In this document: positions 9,973 through 19,311 of the stretch, one piece after another | Numbering within the stretch: the first letter of the stretch is position 1 | Layout of the letters: every line of letters starts with the position of its first letter | Assembly (NCBI RefSeq): GCF_041583735.1 | Contig: NZ_JBFHFD010000001.1 | Span: forward strand, 9,880-73,879 | Origin: Novipirellula sp. | Lineage (GTDB): Bacteria > Planctomycetota > Planctomycetia > Pirellulales > Pirellulaceae | Direction of reading: 5' to 3' | DNA length: 64,000 nucleotides | The notes under the pieces: model-generated | What the model was told of the DNA's origin: nothing | Databases searched by the model: none | What the model saw: only the letters and a program-made list of their open reading frames with translations | Position numbers and translations under genes: made by a program

Positions 9973-10674
9973 ATGACGATTGACAGTGCGATCAAGGTGT
10001 TGTGGGACGGCGAGTCGATGTTGGCCGTCGAGAAACCAGCGGGACTGTCGACGCAATCGCCCCCAGGCGCCGATAGTCTTGAGTCGCGTTTACGTACCCA
10101 GCTTTCCGATCGTAGCGATTATCTCGCGGTCGTTCATCGACTCGATCGCCCCGTCAGCGGTGTGGTGCTGATCGCACTGCGAAAACGGGTCGCCAAACTG
10201 CTGTCCGAACAATTCGCAACGCGGAAGGTCGATAAGCAGTATTTGGCAGTCGTTGCGGGGAAAATCGAGCCCGTCGACCCGCTGTGGACGGACTATCTCA
10301 GAAAGGTCCCCGATCAGCCACGTGCCGAGCGTGCCACCAAAAACGATCCCGAGGCAAAGTTCGCCGAAACCCGCGTCGAAGTCGTTCGTTATTGCCGTGA
10401 ACGCGATCGCACGCTCGTTCGGCTGTTTCCCCACACCGGCCGGATGCATCAATTGCGAATCCAATCGGCACTGCGAGGCCATCCGATCCTGGGGGATTGG
10501 CTGTATGGCGAGAACAGTTCTGAAAACGCGGTTGCGTGGGCCTCGGCGGGGCTGCGGTCCTCGAATCCAACGCGAATTATGCTGCATGCCGAATCGATCG
10601 CATTTCATCACCCCAAGAGCGGCGTTCGCGTCACGGTTGGATGCCCTGCGGACGAATTGCAGCAAATCGTGTAG
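9973..10674 (+). CDS. RluA-family pseudouridine synthase
   Basis: EKPAGL, HRLDRPVSG (catalytic Asp), TGRMHQLR, HPILGD..YG, LHA. Confidence 0.92.
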   Translation: MTIDSAIKVLWDGESMLAVEKPAGLSTQSPPGADSLESRLRTQLSDRSDYLAVVHRLDRPVSGVVLIALRKRVAKLLSEQFATRKVDKQYLAVVAGKIEPVDPLWTDYLRKVPDQPRAERATKNDPEAKFAETRVEVVRYCRERDRTLVRLFPHTGRMHQLRIQSALRGHPILGDWLYGENSSENAVAWASAGLRSSNPTRIMLHAESIAFHHPKSGVRVTVGCPADELQQIV

Positions 10675-10839
10675 GTTGTCCCTCTCGCTCGCGTTAAACG
10701 CCGCAGTGGACTGCGGTTTGGAGAGTGGACATGTGACGTTTTCCGATTCCGTTTTCGGGACTCCGAAAGATTTGGGAAGGCATGGTCACGGCCGTTCACG
10801 CGATCGACGACGCCCTTGATCGACAAAACAAGAGATCTA

Positions 10840-11652
10840 ATGACATCTTCACTGCCGAACGCTCCGCTTCGCATTGGTGCGGTTTCGTATCTGAATACCA
10901 AGCCGTTGGTGTGGGGGCTGCGCGAGCGTTTGGGGGATCGTGGCGAGTTGTCCTTCAATTTGCCCAGCCGATTGGCGGATGATCTGCACTCCGGCAAATT
11001 GGATGTGGCCCTAATTCCCTCGGTCGAGTACCTGCGTGATCCCTCGCATACCATCGTTTCGGATGCCGTGATCGGTTGCCGAGGCCCGGTGTGGAGTGTT
11101 CGTTTGCTCAGCCGCGTTCCGGCCACCGATATCAAGCGATTGGCATTGGACGAAGGCAGTCGCACGAGCGCCGCGCTGCTGCAAATTTTGCTGTGGGAAA
11201 TTCACGGCATTCGGCCCGAGATTGTTCCCTTTGCAATGGAGCAGACGCCTGAGGCGATCGATGCCGACGCATTGCTGATGATCGGCGATCGCGCGATGCA
11301 TCCAGCTCCACGCTGTTACCAAGAAATATGGGATTTGGGTGATCGATGGTGCCGATGGACTGAATTACCCTTTGTGTTTGCAATGTGGGTCGCACGTACC
11401 GGGGTGGACGTCGGCGATTTAGCGACTGCGCTCGAAGCGTCGCGTGACGAGGGCATCGCATCGCTCGAAGAGATCGCTGCGTGTGAAGCTGCCGCCCATG
11501 GGCTAACCAACGAAGACCTATACCGTTATTTTGCTGAGAATCTGCATTACACGCTTGGCCCCGACGAACGGACTGCATTGGACGAATTTCGTCGCCGCGC
11601 GGTCTCGCTTGGCCTTGTTCCTGATTCAAGCTCTCCCATCGAAACGTCCTAA
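10840..11652 (+). CDS. mqnA: Chorismate dehydratase (futalosine menaquinone pathway)
   Basis: IGAVSYLNTKPL, SRTSAALL, LMIGDRA, DLG..W...T.LPFVFAMW; adjacent to mqnC. Confidence 0.9.
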   Translation: MTSSLPNAPLRIGAVSYLNTKPLVWGLRERLGDRGELSFNLPSRLADDLHSGKLDVALIPSVEYLRDPSHTIVSDAVIGCRGPVWSVRLLSRVPATDIKRLALDEGSRTSAALLQILLWEIHGIRPEIVPFAMEQTPEAIDADALLMIGDRAMHPAPRCYQEIWDLGDRWCRWTELPFVFAMWVARTGVDVGDLATALEASRDEGIASLEEIAACEAAAHGLTNEDLYRYFAENLHYTLGPDERTALDEFRRRAVSLGLVPDSSSPIETS

Positions 11653-11688
11653 ATCAAGCTCCCTGAAATCCTTGACGACTGAAAAATC

Positions 11689-12843
11689 ATGATCGCTCCT
11701 GCCGCTGATAATTCGATCCGTGACATTTTGGACAAAGCTATCGAGGGCCAACGGTTGACCTCGGCCGAAGGACTGCGTTTGCTCGAAAGCCACGACCTGG
11801 CTGCTTTGGGGGCGGCTGCCGAAGCGGTTTCGCGGCGGATGCATCCCGAGCCCTACCGCACCTACAACATCGACCGGAACATCAACTACACCAACGTCTG
11901 CACTGCGGTCTGTGATTTTTGTGCATTCTATCGTGGTCCGAAAAGTGACGAAGGCTACGTGTTGCCTCGCGCCGAATTGTTGGCAAAGATCGAAGAGACC
12001 GTCGCGCTGGGCGGTAACCAAATCTTGCTGCAAGGCGGACTGCATCCGAAATACAAGTTGGAATGGTACGAAGAGATGCTCGGCGACATCAAACGTGCCT
12101 ATCCCGACGTGAACATTCACGGATTCAGCCCACCCGAACTGCACCATTTCACCAAGGTCAATAACCTTTCGATCGAAGAAGTGCTCAAGCGGCTCAAGGC
12201 AGCTGGTTTGGGCAGCATCCCGGGCGGCGGTGCCGAAATTCTGGTCGACCGCGTTCGCAACGAGATCACTCGCGGCAAAGTCATGACCGATGACTGGTTA
12301 AACGTGATGCGAGTCTGGCACAAACTGGGCGGCGTCAGCAGCAGTACGATGATGTTCGGACACGTCGAAACGCTGGAGGAGCGGATCGAGCATTTGCACC
12401 GCGTCCGTGAACTGCAAGATGAAACGAGTGGTTTCACCGCGTTCATTTGTTGGACGTTCCAGCCCGACAATACCGAACTGTCGCACATCCCACCGAAGGG
12501 CTCGTTTGAGTACCTGAAAACGTTGGCGGTATCGCGATTGTTCCTCGACAACGTACCGAACATTCAAAGCAGCTGGGTCACGCAAGGATTGAAGGTCGGC
12601 CAGTTGGCATTGTTGTTCGGCGCCAACGATATGGGCAGCTTGATGCTCGAAGAAAACGTGGTCGCCGAAGCCGGCACGGTGCACTTCTTGACGCTCGATC
12701 AAATCCGCGCCTCGATTGAAGAGCTCGGGTTCGAAGCACGGCAACGCAGTGTCAACTACGAGCTCGTTGCACCTGAGCTAGAGCAGAAAGCGATCGAGGC
12801 CAATCGCAAACTAGCGTCCAAAGACTTGGTACAGCTCACCTAG
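11689..12843 (+). CDS. mqnC: Cyclic dehypoxanthinyl futalosine synthase (radical SAM)
   Basis: DRNINYTNVCTAVCDFCAFYR (CxxxCxxC), QGGLHP, PGGGAEIL, SWVTQG, GANDMGSLMLEENVV. Confidence 0.9.
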   Translation: MIAPAADNSIRDILDKAIEGQRLTSAEGLRLLESHDLAALGAAAEAVSRRMHPEPYRTYNIDRNINYTNVCTAVCDFCAFYRGPKSDEGYVLPRAELLAKIEETVALGGNQILLQGGLHPKYKLEWYEEMLGDIKRAYPDVNIHGFSPPELHHFTKVNNLSIEEVLKRLKAAGLGSIPGGGAEILVDRVRNEITRGKVMTDDWLNVMRVWHKLGGVSSSTMMFGHVETLEERIEHLHRVRELQDETSGFTAFICWTFQPDNTELSHIPPKGSFEYLKTLAVSRLFLDNVPNIQSSWVTQGLKVGQLALLFGANDMGSLMLEENVVAEAGTVHFLTLDQIRASIEELGFEARQRSVNYELVAPELEQKAIEANRKLASKDLVQLT

Positions 12844-12892
12844 CATGTTTCGCCGTCAATACTGCATTCAGCAGAGATGGTTGACGATACGA

Positions 12893-13202
12893 GTCACCTC
12901 TCCCGAGCGCAGCACGGGAGAGGTCGGACGGGCCCCATAGGCCTCGTCCGGGTGAGGGCCGACCGCGCAACCTTGCTTGTAGTGCGTCTCCACTTGCTCG
13001 GTCGGCCCTCACCCGAGCATCGCTGAAGGCTCTGCTCGACCTCTCCCTAAACTTCGTTTTGGGAGAGGTGGCTGTTTGCAGGTCACCTCTCCCGAGCGGA
13101 GCACGGGAGAGGTCGGACGGGCCCTTTAGGCCTCGTCCGGGTGAGGGCCGTCCGCGCAACATCGCTTGCAGCGCGTCTCCACTTACTCGCTCGGCCTTCA
13201 CC
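12893..13202. repeat. BoxC/REP-like palindromic repeat cluster, two units of about 120 bp with 189-bp period
   Basis: GTCACCTCTCCCGAGCG..CACGGGAGAGGTCGGACG..GGTGAGGGCCG at 12893 and 13082; nested CCTCTCCC/GGGAGAGG and GGTGAGGG/CCCTCACC inverted repeats; lies between convergent genes. Confidence 0.85.
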
Positions 13203-13243
13203 GGCCAATCACAACTCGGCCCCACGCGATTCTCGCAAACGCT

Positions 13244-14965
13244 TTAACGCATTAACTTCTTCATCTCGTCCCAAGGCCGCGTATTTGCCACATCGTCTTT
13301 GGTCAAACCGCCGCGACGTGCTTGCTTGATGCCGAATCGCATCACGTCCAGCCCCTCGGTCGAGTGCGCATCGGTGCTGATCACGATCGGGATTCCGTGC
13401 CGTTTGGCGGCCGCCAAATGCACATCATTTAAATCCAATCGCGCCGGGTTCGCGTTCAGCTCCATCAGCGTCCCGTTAGCTTTTGCGGCCGTCATCACCG
13501 CGTCGATATCGACTTCGTAGGGTGGACGACGATTGATCAACCGTCCGGTGGGATGCGCGATACAGTCGACGTGCGGATTTTCAATCGCGCCGAGAATCCG
13601 TTCGGTGATCTGGTCGCGTGGTTGTTTCTGACCGTAATGGACACTCGCCAGCACCCAGTCGGCTTCGGCCAAACAATCGTCCGGCAAATCCATTCCCCCT
13701 TTTTCGAGAATGTCGCACTCGATGCCTTTCAGGATTACCAGCCGGCCTTCGTACTGATCGCGAATTGCATCGATCGCTTTCCATTGTTCGCGAAGTCGTT
13801 TCGGATCCAATCCAAATGCCATCGAAACACGCTGGCTGTGGTCGGTGATTGCGATGTACTTCAGTCCTCGGGCGATCGCGGCGTCGGCCATCTCTTGCAG
13901 CGTTGCGGTACCATCGGTCGCGTTGGTGTGCATGTGCAAATCGCCCACGATGTCGGACGTTTCAATCAGCTCGGGCAATTCGCCTTTTTCAGCCCAGGTG
14001 AACTCGTTGCGATCTTCGCGAAGCTCGGGCGTAATCCAAGGCAATCCGATTGCCTTGTAGACTTCTTCTTCGGTTTCGCCAGCGATTCGCGAGTCGTCTT
14101 CGGTTTTAAACACTCCGTACTCGTTGACTTTCAGCCCATGTTCTTTGGCGATCCGCCGCATGTGAACATTGTGTGCCTGAGAACCGGTAAAGTACTGCAG
14201 TGCTGCACCAAACTCGTTTGCTTCGACCAGACGCATGTCGACTTGGAATGCTTTGGCGACACGAATCGAAATCTTGGTATCGCCGCGCGCGATCGTTTGG
14301 CTTTGCTGGGGAAACGCTTCGAAGTGGTCCATCGCTGCGGTGCGGTCTTTGGCGACGACCAGCAAGTCGAGGTCGCCGATCGTTTCACGGCCGCGGCGGT
14401 AGCTGCCCGCCCAGCTCATTTTCTCGATTCCCTCGCACGACTGCATGTGGTTGCCGATGGTCGTGGCCAAATCATCGCCAGTGGACCAATAAATTCGCTC
14501 GGCCGCCTGCTGGGCGATCGCCAGCCCGTCCAGGATCGTCTCTTCGGATTTGGGGCCAAATCCTTTGACCTTGCGGATTCGTTCCTCCTGACAGGCGCGT
14601 TTCAGGTCGTCGAGCGATTCAATTTCCAGAGCTTCCTGTAATTTCATCGCTTTTTTGGCCCCCAATCCAGGGATCCTCGCCATTTGGATCACAATTGGGG
14701 GGACCGCTTGGCGCAATTCTTCCAATTGGGGTAACCCGCCGGTTTGGATCAGTGTCTCTGTTTTCTCACTGATCGTCTTGCCGATACCCGAAATGTCGGC
14801 GAGATTACGATCGGGGTCATTGATGATGGCCACGACCGGCTCGTCGAGATCGCGGATCGCCTGGGCTCCGTTGCGATAAGCCCGGATACGGAACGGATTT
14901 TCACCGCGGAATTCCAGCAGTTCCGCCATTTCGTCAAACACATCTGCGATTGCCGCGTTATCCAT
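13244..14965 (-). CDS. polX: DNA polymerase X with PHP domain
   Basis: GENPFRIRAY, GSYRRGRETIGDLD, ALQYFTGSQAHN; PHP motifs DLHMHT, TDHS, AHPTGR, TDAH. Confidence 0.95.
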   Translation of the reverse strand: MDNAAIADVFDEMAELLEFRGENPFRIRAYRNGAQAIRDLDEPVVAIINDPDRNLADISGIGKTISEKTETLIQTGGLPQLEELRQAVPPIVIQMARIPGLGAKKAMKLQEALEIESLDDLKRACQEERIRKVKGFGPKSEETILDGLAIAQQAAERIYWSTGDDLATTIGNHMQSCEGIEKMSWAGSYRRGRETIGDLDLLVVAKDRTAAMDHFEAFPQQSQTIARGDTKISIRVAKAFQVDMRLVEANEFGAALQYFTGSQAHNVHMRRIAKEHGLKVNEYGVFKTEDDSRIAGETEEEVYKAIGLPWITPELREDRNEFTWAEKGELPELIETSDIVGDLHMHTNATDGTATLQEMADAAIARGLKYIAITDHSQRVSMAFGLDPKRLREQWKAIDAIRDQYEGRLVILKGIECDILEKGGMDLPDDCLAEADWVLASVHYGQKQPRDQITERILGAIENPHVDCIAHPTGRLINRRPPYEVDIDAVMTAAKANGTLMELNANPARLDLNDVHLAAAKRHGIPIVISTDAHSTEGLDVMRFGIKQARRGGLTKDDVANTRPWDEMKKLMR

Positions 14966-15075
14966 CCGTCATTCTCCACTGGGTTTTTTAGATTTACATT
15001 ACCAATCCGTTGGTCTGGAAAACACCACCAGTTGCGAGGAAACGCAATCCAGCACAGAATAGCGAAGCCAAGTTC

Positions 15076-15158
15076 GGAGGATAAGCGAATTGGTGAGCGG
15101 CCTCATTGGAACTGAGGTACCCCGTAAGGGGCTGCGGGTTCGAGTCCCGTGTCCTCCG
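15076..15158 (+). tRNA. tRNA-Ser(GGA), atypical, CCA not encoded
   Basis: Acceptor GGAGGAT/GTCCTCC with G discriminator; anticodon arm CCTCA-TTGGAAC-TGAGG; long variable arm CCCC-GTAA-GGGG; T-loop TTCGAGT. Confidence 0.88.
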
Positions 15159-15164
15159 CTTTAA

Positions 15165-15199
15165 AGCCACTTGCCGCCAGTCGGTAAGTGGCTATTTTT
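15165..15199 (+). terminator. Intrinsic terminator-like hairpin after the tRNA
   Basis: AGCCACTTGCCG-ccagt-CGGTAAGTGGCT followed by ATTTTT. Confidence 0.7.
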
Positions 15200-15248
15200 A
15201 TTGGTATTCACGTCTTTTTCGGGCAGTCAGTTTTGTCTCGAAAATGCG

Positions 15249-15304
15249 ATGTTCCGATAAATGTTCCGATAAGAAGCCTGTCAGGGACCCCAATGTTCCG
15301 ATAA
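15249..15304 (+). repeat. Three 12-bp direct repeats, putative integrase arm-binding sites
   Basis: ATGTTCCGATAA at 15249, 15261 and 15293, between the tRNA and the integrase start. Confidence 0.75.
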
Positions 15305-15325
15305 GACCGGCAGGAGTGCTGCCAA

Positions 15326-17089
15326 ATGGTCACGCGAGCGCGTCGTCAATGGAAACCCGACAGCCGGGGATACTACACCCGGCAGATAGGCTGGAAGCTA
15401 AGTAAATCCGGCATCCGGCAGCAGCACAAATTCATCTTAGGTACCGACCTCCGCCAGGCTGAGATTCGCGAGGTCAAGCTTCGTGAAATCTGGACTGTAA
15501 TCGCGAGCCGCTCGCGCGAACCGGCCCCACTCTGGTGCGAAACCGAATTAGAAGTGGCCCGAGCCACCGCCAAAGGGGCAAGTGAGTTTGTCCTGCCCCG
15601 CAACGGCGGTGAGACGCCGACGAACTACGCGGAGCGACTGCAGAGACTCCAAAAGCGTTTCACGGTCATTCTCGTTCTGCCGGAGGATCGACGCGCCTAT
15701 CGAATCGGAGAGGAAAATCTGACGAGATTGGAAGCAATCAACGACGATGGCCAGCTTGCATCCGTCCACACGCGACTGGAAAACGTGGATCCCGCGAAAA
15801 TTCTGGCGATGCAAGAGTCTGAAAGGGTGCTTGTTGCTGCGGGAGTGCCGCTCACCTCGCCCAAGCCGGACCTCGCTTCCGTCAAACTGTTTGCTGACGA
15901 CGAAGTGCCCGCCAGCGATACGCATCACTTGTCTCGCCCAGGAGTGACTTCGTGCGAGGAGTCAGCAGACGCTATTGCGATCGAAGGAACGCTGCACCAA
16001 GCAATGAAGAAATATCAAGAGTACCTCGAACGCGAGTTCCACCGTCCAGAGTCGAACCAAATCTCTCCCTGGGGCAAAACTCAGGTGAAGCAGGTGGAAA
16101 CTTTGATTCAGCATCACGGGGACCGTCCGATTTCGGAGTTAGACGCTTCCGAAATCAACGAACTCATCGGGTATTGGCGTCGACGCCCCTGTAAGCTCAG
16201 AACAACGACTCCGATGACGTCGAAAAGCTGCAAAAATTACTTGAGTGCACTCACTCGCTTCTTGAAATGGCTGGACACCAGTTCGCGGTTCGAGTGGACA
16301 AAACCCATTGCTTTCGGCGACATGGACACGCGAATCAGACGTCTTGCTGTCGACCATGCACGAAAGAGCCTAGAGCAGGTAGACACGTTTTCATTTGATG
16401 AACTGAAACTGCTGATGCGCTATGGGCATCCGTTTGATCGGCTTTTGCTTTTGATGGGGCTCAATTGCGGCTTCGGTCGTGCAGAGATCGCATCAACACT
16501 GGTGGGCGAAGTACACCTGTTCTCGGCCCACTCACCCCGGCACCAGGAAATTCTGGACTTCAAATCGACCGCGGAGGATTCCTTCATCAAGCGGGTCCGT
16601 CGCAAGAGCGGCGTTTATGGAGAGCACATTCTCTTCCCATTGACTGTCCAGGGCATCCAGTGGGCGATGAAGCATCGCAGAACATTCCCAGGCTACGGCC
16701 CTCATGCGGTGTTAGTGGTCAATAGGGCGGGCACTGCTCTGGATAAGTCCACTAAAGCCGGCAACACAAACCAAATGATCCCGAATCACTTCGATCGGTT
16801 GATCAAACGCATTCGTGCCGATGACCACGACATTCGATCATTGTCGTTTGGAAAGCTCCGTAAGACTGGCAGTCAACTTATCAAGCGTTTCTCTGATGGG
16901 GAGATCATGGGAGTATTCGATTGCCATGGGCAACCCGTCAAGAGTGACGCTTTAACCGACGCGTACAGCAATCGTCCATTTGGTCGCGTGTTCACCGCGA
17001 TTCGCAATGTCCAAGAATACCTGCAGCCCGTGTTTGCTGAAGCGGGCAACGACCCTTTCACCACGCGGGACGCACCATCAAGCCAGTGA
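15326..17089 (+). CDS. Divergent tyrosine recombinase/integrase
   Basis: Directly downstream of a tRNA; SAM-like NYLSALTRFLKW; LLMGLNCGFGRAE, RRKSG, FGKLRKT, CHG, TDAYS (Tyr nucleophile). Confidence 0.75.
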   Translation: MVTRARRQWKPDSRGYYTRQIGWKLSKSGIRQQHKFILGTDLRQAEIREVKLREIWTVIASRSREPAPLWCETELEVARATAKGASEFVLPRNGGETPTNYAERLQRLQKRFTVILVLPEDRRAYRIGEENLTRLEAINDDGQLASVHTRLENVDPAKILAMQESERVLVAAGVPLTSPKPDLASVKLFADDEVPASDTHHLSRPGVTSCEESADAIAIEGTLHQAMKKYQEYLEREFHRPESNQISPWGKTQVKQVETLIQHHGDRPISELDASEINELIGYWRRRPCKLRTTTPMTSKSCKNYLSALTRFLKWLDTSSRFEWTKPIAFGDMDTRIRRLAVDHARKSLEQVDTFSFDELKLLMRYGHPFDRLLLLMGLNCGFGRAEIASTLVGEVHLFSAHSPRHQEILDFKSTAEDSFIKRVRRKSGVYGEHILFPLTVQGIQWAMKHRRTFPGYGPHAVLVVNRAGTALDKSTKAGNTNQMIPNHFDRLIKRIRADDHDIRSLSFGKLRKTGSQLIKRFSDGEIMGVFDCHGQPVKSDALTDAYSNRPFGRVFTAIRNVQEYLQPVFAEAGNDPFTTRDAPSSQ

Positions 17090-18040
17090 CCGTCGCGGCC
17101 ATCTCCAGACGTGATTGCATTCATGCAACCTTCCAGGGACGAGCGTAACAAAATATTACTCATCAATAGACCAGGGGCACTGCGAACCACTTGGACTTAC
17201 GTCGGCTTGTCGAAAACGAAAATCTGCGAGGCATCGGCGACTGAGATCATAATTGGTGATCCGCAGTTCGCGCGGCTGCCTCACTCTCCCAATTGCAGTC
17301 GCATTTCCGTCTGCTTAGGTGAGTCTCATCATTGAAAAGCCCTCGCGATCATAACATGTAAACAACAGCACTCGGCTCTTGCGATACAGCGACGAAGGTT
17401 GCTAGATTTCACCATGACTCGAGATCTGGGATGCTCCGAGGCTCCGGCACGGTGAAAATCAAAAAAACAAGTGGTTTCCTGTCATTCTTTGTGATTCCAA
17501 GTTAAAGTCATTTTGTTGAACCTGAGATCAATTGAACAGCATTAGCTACATTAATGGCAGCACCTCACCAAGCCATACAATGCCCATCGGCGTTGGTACC
17601 TTTGTAGACAACTTGACGCTGCAATGGAAAAACAAAGCGAGTGTCCGCACAAGAAACGCAGACCGTTGCTTTCGTTGCAGCGGAAGCAACAGTATTCGTG
17701 AAGACTATCGGATCCACTCCTCGGCAAATGAATCACTCTCGTGAAAGGCTGGTTGATCGAAGTGCTTTCACGGGGTGTGCTAAAATAACCGTATGAATCT
17801 CGAAAGAACGGGGAGATTGTCGTGCTCCGTTTTACCATCCGGGCCCGCGAAATCGCGAGTATTTCAATAATAACTCTCTACAGTCCCGAAACACCAACGT
17901 ACCCATTCGATCCACCCTACCTAATTTCAGATTGCCAGCAAGACGCTGGTGACAACTATTACAACCGTGATGTTTGATCCTGCTTCCAATCGTGAAACGT
18001 CCACGTCCAGTCTTCATTGAAGTGCCTGCGGCATCAGCGC

Positions 18041-18795
18041 ATGTAATGCATGGAGGTGTGGGGTGGAAACCGACAGGCTGACAGATACCTTGAAACGCCT
18101 GGTCTGGAGGCCTGGATTTACAGTCAGCACCATCAGCAAGCGCAAGGTGGCGGTGATGTGTATTATGTCTTTTCATACGCCTCAGGCAGAATCACTCGAA
18201 TTCTTCTGGCCGATGTTAGTGGTCACGGTGTCGACGCATCAAAGTTGGCAATCGGTCTGCGGGAGCTGATGCGGCGCAATATCAACATTGTGCGGCAAAA
18301 CCGGTTTGTTGCTGAAATGAACCAGCAGTTTGCTGAGCTGGCTTCGAACCACCAGTTTGCCACCGCAGTGGTCTGTTCTTTTTTCTCTCCAACAAGACGG
18401 CTCACGCATTTGTAATGCTGGTCATCCCGAACCCCTGTGTTTGCAGCAGTTAGATAGGCAGTGGACTGCTATATCCCAGCCATCGGAGACACTCGAATTA
18501 AGCGACTTTCCGCTAGGTGTTTTGATGAAGCAAGTTACACTCAGACCGTCCTGAAGCTCTCAGACGGCGACTTGGTACTACTTTTTAGCGACGCGTTGTC
18601 GAGTCGGTAGACGCGAATGGCGAACTCATGGGTGCCGACGGACTGCTGAGCATCATTCAAAGTCTTGAGTGCGACCGACCCGATCGTTTCATTCCTGCAT
18701 TGAATGATGCGATCAGGGCACAAGACCCAAATAGCTTGTCGGACGACGACGCGACTGTGCTATTGATTCGCGCCACTGGCACGAGAACTTCGAAG
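18041..18795 (+). pseudogene. PP2C/SpoIIE-family phosphatase pseudogene
   Basis: M*CMEVWGGN (TAA at 18044), GGDVY, LADVSGHG, then frameshifted CNAGHPEP, FSDAL and DDATVLL. Confidence 0.85.
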
Positions 18796-18804
18796 GCAAT
18801 CCAC

Positions 18805-19213
18805 GGTCCTTCAATTGCCGCAGTACATATTGATCGTGCTGCTGATTCCAAATCAGGGAAATTTCACTGGCCGGGTCTTCCAACGCGGCGAGTTTCGCAT
18901 CCATCTCTGAGCCACCGAATCCACCCGGCTTGCGGTCTCTGCAACGTCAGTGTTTGCGAAGACGGTTTAGCAGAATTGTTTTCAGCCAACCGCGAAAGGC
19001 TCCAACGTGTCCGCGATGCTCGAATTGTTTGATGTCGTTGGCAACCGCGAGCAAAACGTCTTGGACCAAATCATCCGCATCGCTCGCTTTCACTTCGTCC
19101 TTTAATATCCAACGACGCAGCAGCGGCCCATACAGAGTCAGCAATCGATCCCAAGAATCCGACTGACCCGATAGTTGAAATTGGTCGAGGAGACTGACTG
19201 AAGTGTTTTCCAT
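18805..19213 (-). pseudogene. ECF sigma-70 factor pseudogene (planctomycete type)
   Basis: TSVSLL..., DADDLVQDV, GAFRGWLKTI; in-frame TGA at 18947-49, then LEDPASEISLIWNQQHD; region 4 absent. Confidence 0.8.
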
Positions 19214-19311
19214 TGACGATTATCGATCCGAAAAGTGTTTTGACGATGCAAGCTTGTTTCATGTTTTGTACTTGAGCCACCCTATGATTGTAACTGATAC
19301 GCGACTCGACA

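Noticed and set aside
12893-13202. Possible CRISPR array
   Set aside because: Only two long units, no unique spacers of regular length, and no cas genes in the window
12836-13225. 129-aa ORF with an internal repeat
   Set aside because: It is a translation of the palindromic DNA repeat
15076-15158. tRNA-Sec or suppressor tRNA
   Set aside because: The anticodon is GGA, not TCA, and the D-stem is short
15106-15405. 99-aa ORF
   Set aside because: It overlaps the tRNA, the terminator and the arm repeats
18947-18949. In-frame TGA in the ECF sigma gene as programmed recoding
   Set aside because: The gene is also truncated and its neighbour is decayed; other genes use TGA as a normal stop
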